Shown here: one piece after another, positions 55,222 through 64,000 of the stretch | Position numbering within the stretch: the stretch's first letter is position 1 | How the letters are laid out: every line of letters starts with the position of its first letter | Assembly (NCBI RefSeq): GCF_001194135.2 | Contig: NC_068981.1 | Coordinates: 83,249,839-83,313,838 of the forward strand | DNA length: 64,000 nt | Reading direction: 5' to 3' | Source: Octopus bimaculoides | Taxonomy: Eukaryota | The notes under the pieces: model-generated | Told to the model about the DNA's origin: nothing | The model's input: the letters and a program-made list of their open reading frames with translations, nothing else | Database searches by the model: none | Translations under genes and position numbers: made by a program

Positions 55222-55900
55222 AGTGCGTGTGTTTACTCGGCAAGCAAAAAAAAATTACCCTCTTGAAATATAACATTACTTAGAAAAGAGCTTTTCAGTA
55301 AGTTTTCCCTGAATGATGACCAATAATATACTTCAAGATAAATTGCACAAGATTACAACAGACTATCAGAATAGAGCCTGTATATATACCAAGGAAAGAT
55401 CATGCATGGGTTTATTCCCACTATGCTTCAAAAACGGAGGCCTACATCAAGTGCCTAGAGGAGGTAGTGCTGCCCTGCGTCAAGAGGGTGGCTGCTGGAA
55501 AACTCTGTGTTTGTCAACAGGACTGTGCACCATGCCACACATGCAGGAGAACACAGTCATGGCTGTCAGACAATTTCTGCCACCACATTACCCCAAACAT
55601 CTGGCCACATAAATCCTCAGACTGCAACCCTCTTGATCGTTATGCGTGGGGCGCAGTTGAGCGAGTGACCAGCAAAACTCCTTGTAACACCAAAGATGAA
55701 TTGAAGGCAAGGATTATGGCAGCATTCACCAACTTAAACAAAGAGAACGTCCATAAGAATTGCAGGAGATTCGAAGTTGTCTGGAGGCCGTGGCTGAAGC
55801 CAATGGCGATTTTATTGAATGAATTTACTCTTTAGCATTTCAGGATATTTTTATGCAATTTTGGTAAATATATCTGTTAAAATGAGATGTCATTTTTGTG
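55222..55900 (+). mobile_element. IS630/Tc1/mariner element of DD37D (maT-like) type, internally deleted
   Basis: CQQDCAPCHTCRRTQSWLSDNFCHHITPNIWPHKSSDCNPLDRYAWG: QQD.AP.H and WP..SPD.NPLD motifs with a terminal D and long spacing. Confidence 0.8.
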
Positions 55901-56169
55901 TAATTCAGTCAATATATTCACTGCNNNNNNNNNNNNNNNNNNNNNNNNNNNNNNNNNNNNNNNNNNNNNNNNNNNNNNNNNNNNNNNNNNNNNNNNNNNN
56001 NNNNNNNNNNNNNNNNNNNNNNNNNNNNNNNNNNNNNNNNNNNNNNNNNNNNNNNNNNNNNNNNNNNNNNNNNNNNNNNNNNNTATATATATATATATAT
56101 ATATATATATGCATATATGTGCTGCTGAGTTAATTCCAACATATATTTTCTTCATTTTGCTTTCTTATT

Positions 56170-56520
56170 ACATATGTCTCCCGAATCATACGTTCTTAAA
56201 TTCTTTCTTTCTTATGCGTATTTCGATCAGACTTGTTTTCCACCGGATTAGTATTCTTCCTATGAGGCCATTGTTTCTTGTATCCTGTCAAAAAGCTACG
56301 GGCTTTTTCTGCTGAACCTTATTGTATGTACCTGTCCTCCATTTTACCTTTCTCATGCATGTCGTTGTCTTCAATCTTCTAAGACGTTCTTCTTTCTTTC
56401 TAATGTCCACCACTTCAGTGACAGTTACAACTACTGGTGCAGCCTGAAGAGTAGTTCGATGTGATTTAAAGTCTTCCGACTTTAAAAACGCTGAAACCAA
56501 ATAGATTCTGGCTTCCACGG
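56170..56520 (-). mobile_element. Possible RTE-like LINE 3' fragment
   Basis: Minus strand VTEVVDIRKKEERLRRLK..CMRKVKW followed by KRPHRK resembles the decayed RRLRWxGHxxR / KRPxGRP C-terminus. Confidence 0.4.
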
Positions 56521-57092
56521 CAAGCATATTGTATTCGAAGGTCACCTTGAGTCAATGCGTTGTTATGATAGAAATCATGAGTCTTAAGTTCCTGCACTGA
56601 GATCGAACTTATTACCACTCGATTAGGAACTGAATTTCTTAACCACTACACCAGAGCACCTCCCAATCCGCAGAGTACACAATATTTGTAAAACACTAGT
56701 TCAGTTAATCTTTTTTCAAACATCATAGTTTCATTGGACCAATGTTTATTTTTCGACTACACTAGCTTTAAACAGGAAACGAAGATTCCGTATTGGACAA
56801 GTTATGGTTCCCAGATGTTCTCATAATCTTTTCCTGAAACCTAGGAAATCTGAGGCTTGTTGTTCCCCCTTGGCGTTTTAAATGAATGCCTGTAGCGGAT
56901 CTTAAGTCATACACCATGAGCTATTTCACACTCGGTGATTTAGTACAAGGAGTAAAATGGACGCTACCATTACAATAAAAATACTTACATTCGCAGATGA
57001 CGGTAAATAAATACGCGCACAACAAAGTATGAACAAACGTCTGTACACTAGAATTGGGAGTAATAGTATGATACAAAGAAGTACTATGTTCC

Positions 57093-57137
<45 letters not shown>

Positions 57138-57138
57138 C

Positions 57139-57352
57139 TTTTCTATGATCGGCACAAAGCCTGAAATTTTGAGGAAGGGGACTAGTCGATTATTTCGACC
57201 CCAGTGTTTCACTGGCACTTAATTTATCGACCCCGAAAGTATGAAAGGCACAGTCGACTTCGGCGGAATTTGAACCCAGAACGCAGCGAGGGGCGAAATA
57301 CCGCTAAGCACTTCGTCCAGCGCGCTAAGGATTTTGCCAACTCGCGGCCTTA

Positions 57353-57410
<58 letters not shown>

Positions 57411-57640
57411 CAATGATATTTCAAAATTTAGGCACAATGCCAGTAATTTTAAGGGGAGACAGGGTTCTTTCATTGCATCGACCGCAGTACTTGATTGCCA
57501 CTTATCTTATCAGACCCGAAAGGATTAAAGCCGAAGTTTACCTCGGCGGAATTTCATTTCAGAAAATTAAGTGCCGGAAGAAATGCTGCTAAATATTTTG
57601 TCCGGTGCGCTAACAATTATGCCGGCTCGCCACCAGATGC
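57139..57640 (-). mobile_element. Two head-to-tail SINE family A copies separated and flanked by (AAT)n
   Basis: Units at 57139-57352 and about 57415-57640; (AAT)n at 57093-57137 and 57354-57408. Confidence 0.87.
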
Positions 57641-59194
57641 GATTACTCAATAACAGTAATGTTTACCTTTTAAACACTAAACCACTAAAGAGAAGCAATC
57701 TGCATATTAAATGCAATTTTAGACGTTCTTATGTGATAAGTCAAAGTAAGCAATTAAGCCTTATTTGAAGAAAGATTCTTTTGGTTTAAATCGTATAAAA
57801 GAGTTAATATTTATATTTAAACGTCTGTTCTTTTTCCTTCTTTTAGGGTAAGCGAAATACACTTACAGAAATACAGAACAAATATATAAATAAATGTCTG
57901 CTCTTGTGAAAGCGTTAACAAACCCCAAAAGGGTATGCATTTTAGAAATATAATCCCACCCTGGAAAAAAATTGCAAACTATCTAACTACTATTGAAATT
58001 AGATGAGTATTTAAGCAAGACTTCCGGTATAGTTTTATTGTAATAATACTTCCTCAAATTTAGTCAGTGTAAACAAACATGATCTCTGCTGGATTCAATC
58101 AATGATACTTCATGTGGACTTTTGAGAAAGATTACTTCCCCGAAAGAACATTTGATCTTTCATGACTTATGAAATAATTTCGACATACATAGTTACCAAG
58201 TCTTTTTTTCACATAAGTGAGAGTAGAATAAATAAACATTGATAATGATCTTACCTGCTTTCTGAGAACTATTTGATGGGTTGTTAAAGGCTCTAAAACA
58301 CATGTTGATAGAATATACGTTACAAATAGAAATATCAAATTCACCTCATTGATAACTAACATTTGCAGTTCAACGAGGAATGTGAGTTCAACGTTTAATA
58401 TAAAACATACAACATACCAGTTATAGAACAGAAAACTTTACAGTACATGTAATGCTCCTTTACAATGATATGAGCGGCAATTTGATATAAGGATAGTATA
58501 AGGGACCATTCTACATTAGAACATGACTGCTTTTCTGTCATCGATGCTTGTCTGAAATGTTGAATGTGAACTCAACAAAATTTGGACTAAATTTAAGACT
58601 AAAACATTGGAAAGTTGATACTGAAATATAATTAGTCAGACATACTAAAGTCTCGGTTATTAATTTGTCCACACGTGATGAAACTTATATGTCAATTTAG
58701 TAAAATCAGTATTCTGTATAACGCTGTATATGTAATGCAAATACCAAAATATAATGTAGCGATCATGTTATACAACATCAAAATACAATCTCGGTTTTCT
58801 TGTCTACACGTTTAGGAAATATATAACAAACTAACCATAGTAAAATAATCAATCTATCTAACATTACACAGATAATGCAATATCAACATATAAGATCGCG
58901 TTCATATCTAGCAAAATGTTGAATAGATAACGTGTATTAGATACACGAGAGATTATTTCCCAATACTACATACTCACAAAAATTAGACGACCATCTTTCT
59001 TTCCTTCCCTGAGCGTCTGCTAATACTTTGCATGTACCACGTCCTCGCGTTGCTGTTTTTTCTTGTGTTTGTTCTTCGTTAAAACGAAGACTTTTGAATT
59101 TTACCATTAAGCTGTAATTAGCAGAACCATATGCACGCGCACCCAGGGCGGTGGGCAACTCTGTATACGATTCTGATGATTGCGGTTAAATTAC

Positions 59195-59259
59195 AAATCA
59201 GGCTGATGAGGAATAGACAAATGGTAAGAATTTGTTAAATCCGAAACTAGTTCCTGTTT
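59195..59259 (+). ncRNA. Type I hammerhead ribozyme fold with canonical core
   Basis: CAGG-CTGATGA-GGA(atag ACAAAT ggtaaga ATTTGT taaa)TCC-GAAA-C(TA)G-TT-CCTG. Stem I CAGG/CCTG, G10.1-C11.1 closing pair, palindromic stem III (AACTAGTT), GUU cleavage triplet ending at 59252. Confidence 0.85.
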
Positions 59260-59424
59260 AATAATGCTTTTTTAGGTGATTTTAAATGTCTTGCCCGCTC
59301 ACGTTTTTGGTATGCTGCTATATTTCATGTTGAGAACAATTTAGGTCTTAATAGACACAAGATGTGATCTATTTCTAGTGCATTAATTGTCCACGTTAGT
59401 GGTCGACGTTATTTTTTAAATATA

Positions 59425-60525
59425 TATTTAGTCGTCAAGTATGAAATTTGTAGTAAAGTATAAGGTAAATTTCGACAGCTGCTTTTTGTTAGATTACTGA
59501 CACATTTATTTCTTTATTCTAACTCATTTTGCGCTTTATAAAGTATTTATAAATCGTTTCTTACTATTTTTGTTTAGAGATGGATAAGTCGGAAATTCGT
59601 ACAGCTTTGAAATATGAATTCTTTCTTGAAAATACAACATCACACACAGCTCGAAATATCAATGGAGTATTTCACTCTAATGTTATTACACAGTAGACAG
59701 TATCAAATTGGTCTGCAAAATTTCGTTCTGGTAACTTTCGCCTAACAATTGAGCAACACGGTCGACCAGAAACAAAGGTGGGTTGTGAAGAACTGAAAGC
59801 CACCGTCGAGTCAGATCCATCACAAAGTATCCATCAATTATCGTTGTTGTTTCGTGTTAGCAAGCAAACAATATTGACTCACCTAGTTCAAATCGGTAAA
59901 GTGAATAAATTGGATGAGTGGGTTCCACATGAACTCAATGAAAATCAGAAACAACAACGTTTAGAAGCCTGCATTATGTTGCTTTCTCGTCACAAAAAGG
60001 AATAATTTTTCAATCGAATGTGATGAGAAATGGATCCAATACAACAACCGTAAACGTTTAGCACAATGGTTAGACAAAGACGAGCCACCAAAACAGTCCA
60101 TAAAGCAAAATTCATTAAAAGAAGCTAATGGTGTGTGTTTGGTGGTCTGGTGCAGGTGTGATCCATTATGATTTCATTAAACCTGGTTCATCAATCACAG
60201 CCGAAATATACTGCAGCCAACTGGACCAAATGATGCAGAAACTTAGTCAACAGATCCACGACTATTTTGTTACAAGCCAACGCCAGACCACACATCGCAA
60301 AAATGACATTGTCGAAACTACAGGAGTTGGAGTTAGTTCTCCATCATCCACCATATTCACCTGATCTTGCCACCACTGACTACCTCTTCTTCCAGAATTT
60401 GGATAAGTTTTTGATAGGAAAAAATTTAATTCTGACGATGCTGTAAAACAGGCCTTCCAAGATTTTATTGACTCTAGATTGCCAAGCTTTTACAGTTCCG
60501 GGCTGGACAAGCTACCGCTGAAATG
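59425..60525 (+). mobile_element. Mariner (DD34D-type) transposon, 3' end lost to a microsatellite, inactivated
   Basis: 5' TIR tatttagtcgtcaagtatgaaatttgtagtaa; ATG at 59580; WVPHEL, (C)DEKW, MVCVWW and HPPYSPDLATTDY motifs; stops and frameshifts. Confidence 0.95.
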
Positions 60526-61176
60526 TGTGTGTGTATGTGTGTGTGTATGTGTGTGTGTATGTGTGTGTGTATGTGTGTGTGTGTGTGTATGTGCGCGCGC
60601 GCGTGTTTCTTCACATTTCCATGTGCTAAATTCCTCTCATGTGTTATTTGTCAACTTAAAACTGTAGTGAAATAAATACAAAAGCCCTAGTTGGTGCACA
60701 GTCAAACTTGACCTCTGGTGCTATTTGAACTTGGAACAAAGTGAAACAAAAATAAATGCAAGTGTTCTACTGAAAATAGTATTGAAATGTTCTTAATGCA
60801 GCAACGCAAAAGTATTTGTCTATGATATTCTGATTACTAATTATGTTCTTTAAGCGCTCTCGCGTAAATCTACGAGTTATAACTTATTTCGATCTGAGAC
60901 CGGGATATCATGGAAAGAAACCCTTCTTTTATAAAGAAAGTTAGACTGCGAAGAAAATTTCATGCAGGATCGTGGTAAAAAAATAATAATAATAATAATA
61001 AAAGAAAAAATAGTAAAAACAAAACTCCGATAGCAATACTGATGAAAAAGGCATGGAGTCTGTGGGCTGTTGGTTAGAGGAAATCTAGTTCAGAAATTTC
61101 TCGCATGTTACGATAAGGAGTTCCAGAAAACATTTCCTCGAACGATGCTGCTGCCGCTGGTGATGATGATGATGAC

Positions 61177-61218
<42 letters not shown>

Positions 61219-61666
61219 NNNNNNNNNNNNNNNNNNNNNNNNNNNNNNNNNNNNNNNNNNNNNNNNNNNNNNNNNNNNNNNNNNNNNNNNNNNNNNNNNN
61301 NNNNNNNNNNNNNNNNNNNNNNNNNNNNNNNNNNNNNNNNNNNNNNNNNNNNNNNNNNNNNNNNNNNNNNNNNNNNNNNNNNNNNNNNNNNNNNNNNNNN
61401 NNNNNNNNNNNNNNNNNNNNNNNNNNNNNNNNNNNNNNNNNNNNNNNNNNNNNNNNNNNNNNNNNNNNNNNNNNNNNNNNNNNNNNNNNNNNNNAAATGC
61501 GCCAAATATTGTTGAATTGCTGTTGATCACATTTTGGCTCATGTTGCAACCTATTTTAAGCATGTTCTATTCATGGACGTATTTTTCTGTATCTTATCTC
61601 GGACTACTTTATCCAGTGTGCCCCCTGTTTGTTTGTTTTTGTTTATTTTTTTGCAATTTCTTGTAG

Positions 61667-61701
61667 CATTTGAACGCGAGCTACGAAGAACTACACCCGC
61701 C
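61667..61701 (+). CDS. Candidate 35-nt exon
   Basis: Long T-rich tract ending ttcttgtag| and GCC|GTAAGT donor; two frames are open (HLNASYEELHP or FERELRRTTPA). Confidence 0.45.
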
Positions 61702-62149
61702 GTAAGTATGGCGAGTGCTTTTCTGTCCCTTTGCCTCGCAGGGCTGCATGCAACTTCTCTTTCTTGAAAGTTTGCTGCAAGTAGACGGGTGTCTTATTGA
61801 CGAGCATACTTGTCACTCGTCTAATTATTGTTGCTATATAACCAGAACGAATTCGATTTAATTAACCGTGTGATTACTGTTTGTAATTATGTGTTTAGCA
61901 ATGCCTTACCTTTTAAAACACCTTCTCTTAAGTGCCGATCACGTGCGGTACTTTCAAGTGCGGTAGTTGTTATTTATACGCTCTCAACATGGGCATCTAC
62001 CTGAAAAAAAAAAAGACAATGCCATCGATTATAATCGATAATAATCAATTAGCAATTGATTTTCTCACAAAATTCTTCAAGTGGCGTGTGATACTCGAAA
62101 CGATACAATTAACACAAGCGATATAAATACTAACACGGCTGCAACAGCA

Positions 62150-62297
62150 TCTACCAACAACAACAACAACGATGATGATGATATCACCAACACTCGCTGT
62201 TACTGCGTTCACCTCTTTTAACATCACGAACGCTTTAAACACGGTTACTAACATTCATGCGTATCTTACCACAGTCATAATCGCAGTCCTTGCCACC

Positions 62298-62363
<66 letters not shown>

Positions 62364-62437
62364 ACTACTACTACTACTACTACTAATAATAATAATAATA
62401 ATAATAATACTGCTGCTGCTGCTGCTGCTACTGTTGA

Positions 62438-62488
<51 letters not shown>

Positions 62489-62543
62489 AACTACTACTAC
62501 TACTACTACTAATAATAATAATACTGCTGCTGCTGCCACTACT
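62150..62543. repeat. Compound trinucleotide array (AAC)(GAT)...(CAC)(TAC)(TGC)(TAA)
   Basis: Read directly; source of the spurious poly-T/A/L/V ORFs. Confidence 0.92.
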
Positions 62544-64000
62544 NNNNNNNNNNNNNNNNNNNNNNNNNNNNNNNNNNNNNNNNNNNNNNNNNNNNNNNNN
62601 NNNNNNNNNNNNNNNNNNNNNNNNNNNNNNNNNNNNNNNNNNNNNNNNNNNNNNNNNNNNNNNNNNNNNNNNNNNNNNNNNNNNNNNNNNNNNNNNNNNN
62701 NNNNNNNNNNNNNNNNNNNNNNNNNNNNNNNNNNNNNNNNNNNNNNNNNNNNNNNNNNNNNNNNNNNNNNNNNNNNNNNNNNNNNNNNNNNNNNNNNNNN
62801 NNNNNNNNNNNNNNNNNNNNNNNNNNNNNNNNNNNNNNNNNNNNNNNNNNNNNNNNNNNNNNNNNNNNNNNNNNNNNNNNNNNNNNNNNNNNNNNNNNNN
62901 NNNNNNNNNNNNNNNNNNNNNNNNNNNNNNNNNNNNNNNNNNNNNNNNNNNNNNNNNNNNNNNNNNNNNNNNNNNNNNNNNNNNNNNNNNNNNNNNNNNN
63001 NNNNNNNNNNNNNNNNNNNNNNNNNNNNNNNNNNNNNNNNNNNNNNNNNNNNNNNNNNNNNNNNNNNNNNNNNNNNNNNNNNNNNNNNNNNNNNNNNNNN
63101 NNNNNNNNNNNNNNNNNNNNNNNNNNNNNNNNNNNNNNNNNNNNNNNNNNNNNNNNNNNNNNNNNNNNNNNNNNNNNNNNNNNNNNNNNNNNNNNNNNNN
63201 NNNNNNNNNNNNNNNNNNNNNNNNNNNNNNNNNNNNNNNNNNNNNNNNNNNNNNNNNNNNNNNNNNNNNNNNNNNNNNNNNNNNNNNNNNNNNNNNNNNN
63301 NNNNNNNNNNNNNNNNNNNNNNNNNNNNNNNNNNNNNNNNNNNNNNNNNNNNNNNNNNNNNNNNNNNNNNNNNNNNNNNNNNNNNNNNNNNNNNNNNNNN
63401 NNNNNNNNNNNNNNNNNNNNNNNNNNNNNNNNNNNNNNNNNNNNNNNNNNNNNNCCCCCTCACAACCGCTATAACACGGCCACCTTATCACCACCACCAC
63501 CACCACCACCACCACCACGACCACCACCACTACCACTACCACCAACAACACTAGAAACAATGTTGATGACTATAAAACCACAATTACACGCAAGTTAGAT
63601 ATATCTAATGTTCGATATTCCCCATTTTGTGAACGTCAGCGGATGAATACGCGTCACGTTGCTTGTCTGTGCGCGTACCCGTACGAGTACGTCTATAAGT
63701 AATTAGCTGTACGTTTTTGTATAAGTAATTAGGTGTACGTGAGTGCACGCACGTGTGTGCGTGTGTATGTGAGCGTGTGTGTGTGTATGCGTAAGTGTGT
63801 GTGTGTGTGTGTGTGTGTGTGGTTTATCGAAGTGACTTGTTTCAGATGAGTTTGATGTATGTAGCCATTCTTCCAGTTCATTTGTTACATTACCTTATAG
63901 ATTTCATCTAATTGATTAGACATAACGAAAGATTTACTAATTACCTTTAATAAATCCTCAGTCTTAACTGCTGAACCATAAAACTCGATGAGTAAGAGGG

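Noticed and set aside
31200-60525. Composite transposon formed by the two same-family mariner copies
   Set aside because: The surviving TIRs face away from the intervening 28 kb, so they cannot bracket it; both transposases are broken.

Overview
AT-rich, repeat-saturated animal genomic DNA from a gapped draft assembly, with N-runs almost always next to microsatellites. The SINE, LINE and microsatellite repertoire looks cephalopod, most likely Octopus (pattern recognition, not a database result). There is no long intact ORF; nearly all ORF-track entries are microsatellite or N artefacts or transposon debris. Identifiable content: many tRNA-headed SINEs (two with clear TSDs); decayed non-LTR retrotransposons (CR1/L2-like, RTE-like, R4/Dong-like with restriction-like endonuclease, possibly L1/Tx1-like and Penelope-like); Tc1, mariner and DD37D-type DNA transposon remnants; and a mariner-type MITE. 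Less ordinary observations: two type-I hammerhead ribozyme folds on the + strand (19887-19935, 59195-59259) plus a degenerate relic; a 259-bp near-perfect fold-back (41475-41733); a stack of different retroelements joined at (AAT)n tracts (15039-17655); an interstitial (TTAGGG)n run; and short, phase-compatible candidate + strand exons (best pair 23577-23647 and 23790-23870) from a gene I cannot identify.
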